Shown here in pieces: positions 39,401 through 51,100 of a DNA stretch of 64,000 bases. The stretch's first letter is position 1; each line of letters begins with the position of its first letter. Under the pieces are notes generated by a model that saw only the letters and a list, made by a program, of their open reading frames with translations, was not told the DNA's origin and ran no database searches. Origin of the DNA: Antedon mediterranea (Eukaryota; Animalia; Echinodermata); contig NC_092680.1 of NCBI RefSeq assembly GCF_964355755.1, forward strand, positions 1,550,001 through 1,614,000. Direction: 5' to 3'. A program made the translations under genes and the position numbers.

Positions 39401-40870
39401 TATCAAAAGAAATCTATTTTTTTTTTAAGATGCACCTTATATCGATGGCACTAGAAATCAATAGTTTGTTTATAAAAAAAGAGAGATCAAACTATATACC
39501 TACCATCTTTGAATACCTTTAAATTCTCAACTTGTATTTGTGATGAGTCTAAACCAGCAGTAGATCTAAATTAATACAGGTTTATATTTAATACAATTTA
39601 TCAACATGTTTGCTATTATATTATTCAATTTATTCAAAAATATCTAAATTCAATTTCTTTATTGCTGCAAATACCATCAAGGGCTATAACATACTACATC
39701 ATACAAACATATACATATTTACATTTAAAGTTTAAACACATACAAATTATAGTCATTACTACTGTTGTAATTATTATTTTTTTAAATTACTGTTATTATG
39801 ATTATTGTAATTGTTAAAGATGAGAGATAATACAAACACTACATCAAAATAGATAATCATAAACAAAAAAGCAATCAAAATGTTGATCATAAATCAAAAT
39901 ATATGTAATTAAACCAGTTAAAACACCCTATTACAGAATTTTGTTTAACAACAGCAGTTCACAGCAGAAAGAGTTTAATATCGTAAGTTAAAATTATAAA
40001 AAGAAATTTTAGATTTTTAAATGGGTTTTGGAAACTACTGTAGAATAATTTGCCATGTTAAAATGTAGAATGATTACATTATAGACTTTAAACACTAAAA
40101 GGGCATACTTTATCAATTAGTATAAACAGTGTATACAATGTATATAGAATGTCAAAGATAACAATTGGTCAAAAGTCAAGCAAAGAAAGCAAGTGTCATC
40201 TATTATACAGGGAAAAATTTCATTAAAAAATTTTGTTTTGCAAAATTGCTAATCAAACTGATTGTTGAGTCGGCAAACATAGTTTTGTATTGCATTATTT
40301 GCTACACAATTTGCGAAATGTGTAGCAATAAGGTTGTTTTGTATAGCTTTTTGCTATGCTACACTGGCGAAATTATTCTCTGCTATGGTACTTTGCAATG
40401 TTTGATGCTTAAAGAATTAACATACCACTTGTATTATCTCATACTCTACATTCTTTTTTGACATTTATTTTGTGATAAAAAATGGTCATGCATAAGACTT
40501 GCGCTAAATGCGTGACAAATGTGTGATCGCGCATGTATCTGTGCAAAATGCGTGTTTCATTCAAAATCACTCGAAAATACAGGACCGTCTCACATTGTGC
40601 GAATTGGTATAAAATATTGTAACCATCTTGTATGAAAATGAAAGACAGTTGAGAAACAGAATGAAGTCAGTGGTTCGTTGATTAATTCCAGTACAGTAGT
40701 AGTAGGATACCTTGACCTACCACACGTCACATATTACTTTAAAAGGACTAAAATTGCACTAAGTAGAGTACTTACTGTGTTTCCTGTGTCCCTGATGCAT
40801 CATGTGCAATGTTAGTGGTTGAACCATTGTTCAACTTGTGTGATGATTCATCTGTATTTTCTGTTGCCAT
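27423..40870 (-). CDS. ACSBG2: Long-chain-fatty-acid--CoA ligase, bubblegum family (ACSBG1/2-like, 705 aa)
   Basis: 15 phase-consistent exons: 40870-40776, 39565-39504, 38456-38215, 37443-37355, 37018-36817, 36311-36162, 35600-35433, 35042-34861, 34358-34307, 33467-33332, 30844-30735, 30079-29929, 29034-28895, 28232-27989, 27517-27423 (2118 nt). AMP-binding LIYTSGTTGNPKG, YLPLSHVAAQ, YGMSESS, GYLHSGDIG, GRIKELIITAGGENVAPVPIE, GGELGPTLKLKR. The ACSBG1 versus ACSBG2 label is nominal in an invertebrate. Confidence 0.92.
28300..28490 (-). mobile_element. tRNA-derived SINE (second family)
   Basis: Minus-strand head GAGTTGTGGCTTGGTGGTTA...; related head at about 16215-16282 and body homology at about 34477-34555. 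Confidence 0.55.
29175..29689. repeat. 44-bp minisatellite, about 12 copies (ACSBG intron)
   Basis: Unit GCCTGGCACAGTTGACCATGTGTCAATACTTTATGTTAACCTAT. Confidence 0.95.
30093..30453. repeat. Local direct duplication (about 150-bp block, 2 copies about 216 bp apart)
   Basis: ATCCATAGAAAGATG...CACATTCCAAAGAAACTGGCATTCCACTG at about 30093 and 30309. Confidence 0.85.
31941..32340. repeat. 81-bp minisatellite, 4 copies plus a degenerate fifth
   Basis: Unit TACATAGGACATCCTAAGATAAAACATACTAATGCTG...; produces the 27-aa periodic ORF 31905..32288. Confidence 0.93.
33787..34043. repeat. About 66-bp tandem repeat, 4 copies (solo copy at about 42583-42632)
   Basis: TGTATCTCCATTGAGATCCAGCCACTGATACCCACAGCATTGTCATTTT repeated. 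Confidence 0.85.
35244..35381. mobile_element. hAT-like MITE remnant
   Basis: Imperfect inverted ends AGGGCCGGATCCAAGG / CCTAGATCCGCCACTG. Confidence 0.45.
36370..36496. mobile_element. Harbinger-type MITE family A copy
   Basis: Both TIRs present with TAA/TTA flanks. Confidence 0.85.
37052..37223. mobile_element. Harbinger-type MITE family B
   Basis: TIR related to AGCTTGGTTCCCACTAG with ACGCA-type subterminal repeats. Other copies at 45701-45879 and 52730-52894; remnants near 10085-10150 and 28570. Confidence 0.8.
38517..39045. mobile_element. About 530-bp non-autonomous DNA transposon
   Basis: Perfect 19-bp TIR TACCCCTTTCACACCAAAA / TTTTGGTGTGAAAGGGGTA with internal GGTGTGAAAG and CTCCGGAG repeats. 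Confidence 0.85.
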
Positions 40871-43177
40871 TTTTTTTCAACCTAAAGTATACCTGAAAAA
40901 AAACAAAATAAAATGTCATTATACATATTGTACTGTACTACTGTAATAATAAACATTAATGTAAAGAGAGAACTTTGCTGTAACTTTGAATTGGTTCAAA
41001 AGTTAATGCTAAACTTATAATCAGTAGTGTTCAAATTATGCCTACAGTACTATTCCAAGTCCATTGACCAATGGTCAGTAAAACCCCCAACTACCCTCAT
41101 TTGGCCAAGTAACTTTCACCAAAAAAGGGTTAACTAATAGTATCAAACATACTGATGGCAAAAAAAATTGAATATGCCGGATACTGCAAGTAAAAAACTG
41201 GTTGACGGCTCCAGCGGGGTCAGTTAAAAATAACCTTAAAGATGACCGCTCTTGAATATTAAGGTAGGTCAGATGCATTTATAAAAGTATACATTTTTTC
41301 GGTGTTGAAATAAGTGTAAAGAAGATAATTCTGGGAAAGTGACAAATGTTAGATCACATTTTTATAGTAAATCCGAGTTGCACAGAAAATTCCAAAACAC
41401 AATACAAACTTGTTAACATTGACAACAACCACAATTTTCGACCATGTTTTGTTTATTAATTAGTATTTACAAAAGAATTAAGTTTAATATTTACCATAGT
41501 AAACTATGATAGTTTAATTTCTATTATCCCGGTTTCATATTTCAGTTCTAAACTGACAAACTTTTCCATTGACCCAAGTGCATGCCAATTGTCAGTATAC
41601 CGACCATAAACAGGATCCCAATAAAAGGAACCACAAATTTAAATATTTGGACAAAGGCTGAGCCATACACTTTAATGTACACTGATGCATGGTGATCACA
41701 TATTTGCCTTTTGTTAGGTTTACCAGGGAAGAGTCTGGTTATACCATAGAGATATTTATAATATCTCTATGGTTATACCCACTGAGTTTTATACCAGCAC
41801 ACTTGCATCATAATTATTGTAGAAAAAGGCAACAGTAGCTTGATTATATTTTAAGTAGTTAATTAGTAAACTGTAATTGTTTAAAAAGAAAAAACAGATG
41901 TCAATCAAACAACATAAAGTATGTTCATAATATTTTAGTAAGTAACAACATCAAAATCATAGATTTTTTTAATAGCATGTTTTTTTTCTTCTTTTATTTG
42001 GCTATGAATAATGTTTCATAAAGTAAATGTTAGCTCATAAATTTGGTATCCGAACAAGACCTAAAGTTTAAAATCTTTTCTTTACACATGGTTTTACCAT
42101 AAACACTTTACAATTATTCAATTTTTATAGTTATTAATCAATATATTAAACAGATTTGTAAATCTCCTTGTGCAAGCCCCTAAAGTATTTTTAAGTCACA
42201 TGCCTTTAGGGACAGACAACATAGATGAAATAATTAAAGTACAGGCCTAGTATATTTAATACATACAGTTTGTCTGGAGTCCTTCCCGGCAGTACGGTAG
42301 GTCACCATACTGGGAATGCGACAGGATGGGATTAATAACAGTCAGGACTTTTCTCTACTGATACAAACTTTTTCTTACAAGAAAAAAAAGTATTGCTGCC
42401 CCCATTCCAAAAAAAGTTTTAATTGTTTAAGTGGTCATGCAAGAAAAAAAGGAAAACAAATTCACAGAGAAAAATTTGTCAAAGAAATTGTACATTTTTT
42501 TTTATTACTGTATAATAAGTGGCTTTTCTGGCTGTTTTACTATAGGCCTATCGTTTTGATTTAGCTTTTCCCTTTTTTTTTTCTCTCCATTGAGATCCAG
42601 CCATTGATATCCACAGCATTGTCATTTTTCAGTTATTTGCCTTTGGAATTATAATAATTGTGTATAAATATATCATAGTAGTATTTTGTAATAAAGTTTT
42701 TATTTAACATAAATAATTATTCTAAATAGAAAACTACTAATCACAAAGATAGTCTTGTAGTAATTTATGGCACTCATTCTTTTTCTTCTAACCTAATGTT
42801 GGCAAAGGTAGGATGATATACATTTATTTACTTTTAATTATGTTTTCTATAACCTTGACAAAGCAATTGCCAGCATATAGTAGGTCATAGGATTGTATAA
42901 GAAATACTAATGTACATTGTGGCTTCTAGTAATCTTCTGAAGTAGGAAGAATTTCAATTGAGGGTTTGTGAATTATTCCGTTTCAGATAAATTGAATAGC
43001 CGGATTCTAGAAAACACTTTTGGTATTTTTTTTTGTCCTTGAATTAGATACTATGTTTTGTCTTGTTCCTTACTTTAAGTTTAAGTAGAATAAAATGGTA
43101 TATGCAAAAAAAAAGTGGGTTTAAGGTTAAATAAACTGGAAAGTAAACCAATATTAAATGAATATTCTCCTCTATTA

Positions 43178-43495
43178 TGCACTTGTCAATTGTACAGTAT
43201 GACTCACTATATGACCCACGAGGGCCCAATGTGCGTCATGAATACCATGACGTACCCCTGCGTCAAAAAAGTGACTTGCCTTAGGAAACCATGATGCCCC
43301 CATTTCACAGCATTGTGACCATGTTGTTCATATGGGTGGTAAAGTGACGGACAATGACACACCATTTTTCATTGATGTGATATATCATATGTCTATGTTT
43401 TTTTATGCACCTCTGCATCAGTAATTATTTGTAAATGATGCACCTCTCCCGGGGGTCATATCATATAGTGGGTCATACACAAATTGACAAGTGCA
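43178..43495. mobile_element. MITE with about 40-bp imperfect TIRs
   Basis: TGCACTTGTCAATT...TATGACTCACTATATGACCC versus GGGTCATA...TATAGTGGGTCATAC...AATTGACAAGTGCA; TTA/TCA flanks. Confidence 0.75.
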
Positions 43496-45700
43496 TCAAA
43501 AAATACAATGCTTATACAAATAAACTTATTACCTAGGCCTAGAAGTGGTGCTTAATGAACTCATGGGCAGTAAATCTGGCTTGGAACATTCTAGATTTAC
43601 AGATACAGTCAGTAGTGAAAATGAAAGGTTAAAAATGGTGTTACAAAAACAAATTGTGGTGTATAACTATAAAAAGCTTAGGCCTAGTTGCCTAGGCCTA
43701 TTAATATTATATGAGTCATTTTCAAGTACTGTACATATCAAGTATTAATAATGTAGAAATGTGGTGACGAGTGGGTGGCACGACCAGTCAAGATCCTAGC
43801 TAGGCCCTAGGCCTAGACTGATCTTAGAACACAAAACGACAGCAGCCGTTATTTCTCGCGGGCGACACCGATTAAGGAATGCACATCAGCAGGCAGGGGG
43901 TCTCCGCCTATCTAAAGTTAACATAATTTTCCACTAAAATCATATAGGCCTAGGCTAGGCCTAGTGTAATATCAAAGATAGTATAACAATTAGTAAGCTA
44001 AAAACAAGTAAAATCGATAGTTACTGTAAATATTTATTCGAATAAACTATGAATAAAATGCTAGGCTAGTCTTCTTCTCCTCCTCGGCGGCGGCGAGGGG
44101 GGCGTGCAGAAGGTGTGTGTTTTGTTTTGACGAATGAAGCGCAATTTTGTGTGACGCGTTTAATTTTTAGTAGTAAAATTGACCTTGAAAAGAAGGTCAT
44201 TTGATCATACGATTTTCCGGTCGCCTACGCACTTACCGCCTAGATATTCGCACTATAATCGTACTAAAGTACCAAAGATCTGATTAATAATTTTGTAATA
44301 ATAATAATAATGTTGGATTAAGGAATATTCCTTGGTATAACTCAAGGCCTATAGATAAAGTGAACATTTTATTTATTTAGAATAAAATGTTATATTTTTA
44401 TAACGTTTATGAAAGCTTTATACTTACGTAAGCCTACAAGAGCTATTTTGATTGCGAATAAGGCAACAATGGTCCTTCTGCAATTAAGTTTAAGGCCTCA
44501 TCTCACCAAGTCAATCTCTAAAAACTTGCATGCTTTGAAAAAAATTCAGAGATTTTTTTTCTAGATTTTGTTCTTAGTAGCCCTACAATCGATGTTGATT
44601 TACTTTGACGCGTGGTTATAAAACCGTTATGGATTTAACGAAAGTTTTTCTTTGCGGTCATATACCAAGGCTTTAAATACCACCAATATTTATGTTATTT
44701 AATATAGGCCTACCCACCCATAATGTGTGTAATTTCAATTTTCGCGCCAATAGGTTGGAAGAAAATCACGATATCTTACCTTTTAGCCCCGCTTTTAGCC
44801 TAATTTTTTCTTGAACTAAAGAACTCGACGATTGTCTTTTAAGACACTACTAAAAACAAAAATATAAGTGCCTATATAGGCCTAATACTTATTTTTATTT
44901 GGCCTCATTCATTTAGAGTTAATCATAGACCCAACTCTATGGATCTATAAAAACATAGCGCCTATCTTCACTCACAAAAATCATAAAGAAATCAATAAGG
45001 CCGCGGGCCGACTAAATTCTCCTATCCCGAGTCTCGTGACATAATTGCTATATATATAAATTAAACTTTGACTCCCCCATTCCTTATACGACATCCTACC
45101 TTAATTTATTCTGGAGTAGACTCTTTCCCAGAACCCTTTTAGACAATCAATGGCAAAAATTAACAGCTACGTAGTATACAGCATTTACATAACCAATATA
45201 ATTGTATAGGGTGGCATTATACACTAACCGAATCTACTGTCAGTACAAACACAGTTTATGACGACATCATGATGATTAATATGCATGACCTGATTCTATA
45301 ATATGATTGGTCAAAACCATATACGGTTTTAATTATAAAAAATAAACCCGGATGCTATTAAAATGAATAATATTGATTGAAGTAAAAATTATATTAATTT
45401 GGATTTTTTTGATAATTTATTATCTGCTTATAATGATGATATAGTCAAATTAAATAAATTAACCATACGAAAAGACTGTTTTAAATTGATGATGTCGTAA
45501 ACCTATAGGCCTATTGATTCACATTTCATGTTTTGCCTGAAAGAAGTACATTGGGAACAACCCAATAATTTAAATTCTTCGCACCTCACCCCTCCCAACA
45601 CCACAGGCTATATAATTCAAAATATCTGGGTCATATAACACACTGCTCCATTTTCTGAACAGGTTTGTTTAGGCCTTCATCCAGAATACAGGGGGCGTTA

Positions 45701-45879
45701 AGCTTGGTTCCCACTAGAACGTAACGCAAGGACGTAAACGCAACGTAAGCGTTTTAACCAAACAAGAGAAGTTGTAGACAGTTAGCGACCACAAGCGAAT
45801 AAGCCATCGCTTGTGATTGGTCAAAATTCACCTGTGTTGCGTTACGTCCTTGTGTTGCGTCGCTAGTGTGAACCACGCT
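45701..45879. mobile_element. Harbinger-type MITE family B copy
   Basis: AGCTTGGTTCCCACTAG...CTAGTGTGAACCACGCT with TTA/TCA flanks. Confidence 0.8.
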
Positions 45880-48194
45880 TCAATGTGCAAAAAGTGTTGA
45901 TCAGAGATATTAAAACCAGAAGAAGAAGAACTAAAACATGTTTGGGCTCTTTAAATTCATTGGCTCGCCACGAATGTATTTACTACACACAGACCTGGGT
46001 ATAGGCTATATGTATCCATCATTGTCATAAACATGCAGACGCAACGATGACGTTACGTATGAAAATGTATATTATTTCCATTTTAATTGGCAAAATAAAA
46101 TTGAATCTTAAATCTTGAGTATTCAATTAAAATAATATAATATTTTAAGACCAACAATTCTAAAACAATTAGATACAATTCGGCGCCTAACTTGTTATTG
46201 AATGGTCCTATTTACGTCACTTTAACGCGGTGAGCAAATTAGGAAAAATCCGCTTGCAAATTTGATTGAATATCCGGACAAAAACACTTTATATTTAATT
46301 ACTTAATGAGCCTAGATATATCTTATCTCTGATAGCCTACCATCACGGTCATGTCCGAAATAACTTAAGCACCCCTCGGGCTTGTGGCAGCGTACTGTAT
46401 GCCTACAAAATGTAATAAACACAGATATAAACAAGTAAAATAGAATTCATTCATTCATTAATTTTTTATTTAGCCTTTAAAATCGAAATACATTTAAAAC
46501 AAGGTAACAAAAACAAGACAGGTGGAAATCTAAGGAGGCAAGGATAAGCAAAAGCAATTAAATTGCTGTAGCTCGCAGGCTTGCTTATCCATCCTTAGAC
46601 ATCAGATCATAAATAATTATCATTGTCATCCCGTGACTCCAGTATTGACCTGACCCGATAATGTCATAGCTTGGGATGTGCGTACTATGACAATACACCA
46701 GGGAAGATATTACAGTTGTAACATATTTTGTTAGAAGACATAGGCTACAGGTCCAATAACATATTTTACAAGGTAAGTTACACGTGACGAAGGAAGACGC
46801 GAACGCACAGTTTAAACTTCTTTATACGATTTGCAATGTTTTAACGGTGACATTTTCCGTTACGTAAAACGGAAGATGACAGAAGTTTCATTGGTAGGGT
46901 AGTAGATATCGTTATATCAATGGTAAGTCGTGTCTAAATTTAAATGCAACTACCGTCCCTTGTGTATAAAATGAGAGGCCGACTACGGACTATAACTGCA
47001 GCAAAAGTACAAGAGAAAGACATGTTCATTAATTAACTAATTCTTTATTAGAATTCAGTATTACATTAATAAGGTTTATCGCAAATAGCTTTCGTGATGA
47101 AAGTCATAATATTTAGCTGGTGGACTTTACCTGAATTGATCCTTGACATGGCGTGAATCATGTTGAATCATAGCGTTGCCAAATTATATTGAATGTAATA
47201 ATACAGATAAATGTAATTCTTCATTTGGATTTAGTACTTAAAAGTATACACAAAAAAAAAAAAAAAAAATGTCTTCTATGTAATGGTTTTAATTACTACA
47301 TATATATTGTGTTTATGCAGGAGTCACACACATTATATTTTATATAATTATTGTCATCAGTATTTTTCCTTCCTTCTTATACCTACTTTGATCTTTCTTT
47401 TTTATTTTATTTTATTTATTTTATTTTCAATCTTTCTACATAGCAAAAAAACAAACATATAAGTATAACAGGGGAGTAGCGGAAAAGCAAAAGTATAAAA
47501 CTGTCATCTTGTGATGTGCTTGATATCACTTCCTTTTCAATGGCTCTCTGTCTATTAAACTGTTAAGAACCTGGGGAAATCAGAAAGGGATTTGGGAAGG
47601 AACCTGGCCCGGGCCGCGATTTTTTTTAACGTAAGTTTGGGGATCCTTATGTGAAAGATAGCCGAACTAATTCATAAATAAACCTAACCCTCTAAATTAT
47701 CTCTCTCTAAGTAAAAATAAGTTGCATAAGATTCGAACCCCATACATGTAAATTCCATGTCACCGCAATTCGGAGGCTTACGATGCATGCTCCAAACAGC
47801 TCTTTCTTTCCTAACCCAATAATTAAATTGGAAACAATATTAAATCTTCCTGCCGCCATAAAATTACTTTTTTTTCAAGCTCGCAATTCAACCGCGTAAC
47901 CATTATTTTATAATGTTCTTTTTATGATTATCAAATCGATGTACTCGCTTAATTAAATTACCATTATAAATGAATCGGCCAAAAGTTACTAACGTAGCCC
48001 TACATTATGTATCCTTATTACCATTAAAGGCACACATCTATAACTCGATAATACTCTAGTACTAGTTTGTACCGTAATACCTTCCTTTTGTAAATTTATA
48101 AATTACAGGCAAGAACGGAAAAGGAAATCAGTAAACGCAGTGCGTACTCTATTTACACTCACATCAGACGATAACATTTTGCAAGCAAAATAAA

Positions 48195-51100
48195 ATGGAA
48201 CTACAATGTTTAAAAACGATCTTCTTCTTGGCCATTTTTGGTGAGTATAAACCGTTAATTAATTATGATGGGTAACTGTGTAGACCTACTTATCTATTGG
48301 TTAATTGTGTTAGTTAGTTTGATTGTAGTCTGTTACCAATCGTTTGAGTTCGGTGACAGCACTTAGCAACAACTTGTCTTCATGATTTAGTTCGGGTTGT
48401 GGATACAAGCCAACAATACACTGAATGTACTGCCTTTCGCACATTAATGTGATTAAATACTAATAGTTACTGTAGGCCTACATAGACATTTGTTAAGTAT
48501 TTCAGTACATTAAGTAGGAGTTCCTAACTTTTTTTTGTTATTCCATAACACAGTACGCACTCTTGGGAAAATTACAGGACATTTATTTTCCGTACGGTGA
48601 TACTCAAAAAGGCAAATGATCTTTTAATACCAACTAATATAATATGTAGAGACAAAACGTTGATTAAAATGATGCACTTTTAAATAATAAAACCAGATAG
48701 ATTAAGGAAGATTACTGCTATTTGATTATCCCATTCATGATGTTTATTATATATTTCTTTATTTTTTATTTAACCAGGTTAACAATAACCAGGTTAACAA
48801 CTCTTATTGACAGTGACTCTCAACATATATTTATCTTTAAAATGCCTGTCCTCTCCTAATAAATGTATGAAGGTAAACACCACTGCAAAGTCACAAAACA
48901 AAACAGATACTAAAAGGCTGATGATTATTTAAATTTAAATTAAATTATTAATTAAAATGTAGGACATTTTTAATGAAGAAAACTGACCTTTATTAACAAT
49001 TTACTGTATAACATTAAGCTCTGTCAACACTATCAAACTTTATATGAATGCGAAGTGCCCATAGACATGATGTCATATCACTACCATAGTTAGGCATATA
49101 ACTACCATATTTGGACACATCACACTTTTTTTGTCAACTAGTTTGATAGTGTAGACAGAGCTTTACATAATATGTAAATTAACGTCATCTTTCGGTAACT
49201 ACCCAAGTTAGGCCTACAGATGAATCAAAATGGCAACCGAATGTTTTTAATTGGTCTCAAACGTATGTAGACGAATAATTCTAAATTTAGCCTTGTTAAT
49301 TATCAATAAGGCTTCGTAACATTACTCAACAGCATCAACGCACAGCATTATTTACAAAAACAACTGTGTATGGTTGAAATCAAGAGAACACAGTCGTCGT
49401 ATTTCTAACAATCTCCGTACTTGTTGTGATGTTTGTCAGGATATGCCTTTAACTACACGCGCTCCAAGTTATCACTATTCCTCAGGATACCAAAATTAGA
49501 AACTTCCGTCTTCAAAGTAGGCCTATTTGAAAAGAAATTTTTGTAAGTTATTTTGAGTTTATGGGGGTGGGAAAAACAGGCATTAAAATATATGTCAAAA
49601 AAGCTAAAAACGCCGAGGCCTCTAGAGTTGGAGGGCCACTTACGGTTCCTAAACCAGGGGCTGCGTTACTCCACTGCTGTAAACCAAAACTACGTCATCA
49701 GAATTTCTCCACATGTGCATCTAACTGCAACGGGGTCTTGTACCCGATAAGGGGCAGAGCGTGTGTGTTTCCCTATTTCAATCGTCAACATTGATTATTC
49801 ATAATTTTGATAAAGTAACTTTCTCATGAGAACCTAATATGTGTTACTAATTAAGCTGTCGCAGAAACTTATGAGCATGCGCAGAGTAAAACTGGATGGA
49901 TACAAATGTACTTAAAGTTATGAATATCAGTTAATTTCTTCTTTTTAAATAATTACAAAACCTGTTTAAGACAAATGCCATAATTTGGTTCGGAAACAGA
50001 AAAGGAGAGTCATACATAAGAATCAGTGCTCTATCAGTTATTGAACTCAGACTTGTTTCATTTTATTAAGAGTAGGCCTATGCATATTAGCGGATGTGCT
50101 ATATAAAACTGAAAACAAAACACACATTCTAAAACCAGAGGATCATTCTTTACCAATATTTTTTTCTAACGGTTACCGTTTTATAATAAGGCTCTTTTTT
50201 AACAAGTGAACTGTTCTTGAGATTTTATCTTTTTATCAAGTTTTTCAATTTGGCAAAGTTAGATAATATTATCATAGTCACATAATGGTAAATGTGTATG
50301 TTTTTACATCTCTGTTTGTGATGTTCCGTTAAAATGTGTATCTCTGACTTAAATAAACCCTTGATTCTATAACGTAAATGTAAATGGAGGAATAACCTGC
50401 AACTTGCAGCCTGGCGATACGTTTCTATTAGTTTTACATTTATTGTCTTGGAAATTGTAATACTATAGTTCGATAAGAGTACCAGAAGGAAAGCACGTAC
50501 AAAATGCTTAGAAAAAATTTGGAAACCATGTATTGACCGTCTCGTTAAATTCATTCATCTTCAAAGAGAAGTCATCATATCATTTGTTACCCAATAATCA
50601 CAAGCAGGTTTACCAATTGTGGTATTCACATTTACAGCACTATTATCGTGATCGTTGATTTCCTATGTTCTACTTTAAAAGGTGCGTCAAATTAGTACCG
50701 TACACAAGAAGGCAACTTATTGAACAAAGAAAGATATTCTGTAGCTGAAAGAAGACTTATTAGTATCACTATATCCACCAAGATGCTACGCCTACTACAT
50801 TTTCCGTTTTATTTCGTATCATTGACAGAATCTTAATACTCTTAATGCTTATATTTCTGTTTCATGTTCGTTCGACCCAGTTTTTGTCATCTGCGACACT
50901 TCATATCAAAATACTGCATTAACATTTCATTTTTAGTTTTGCCTTATTGGACAGCTCGTAATAGGATAACGTCTCGGCAACGGAAATATGAAAATATTCA
51001 TTACATAATATTACAACAATCACCCAACCACAGATACATACAATGAAACAATTCTGAATGAAGCCAGAACATAGCATTAAGAAAGCTTGGCTACCAATCT

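Noticed and set aside
44923-44940. CATAGA...TCTATG mini-palindrome as a fourth P-type footprint
   Set aside because: No 7-bp flanking duplication.
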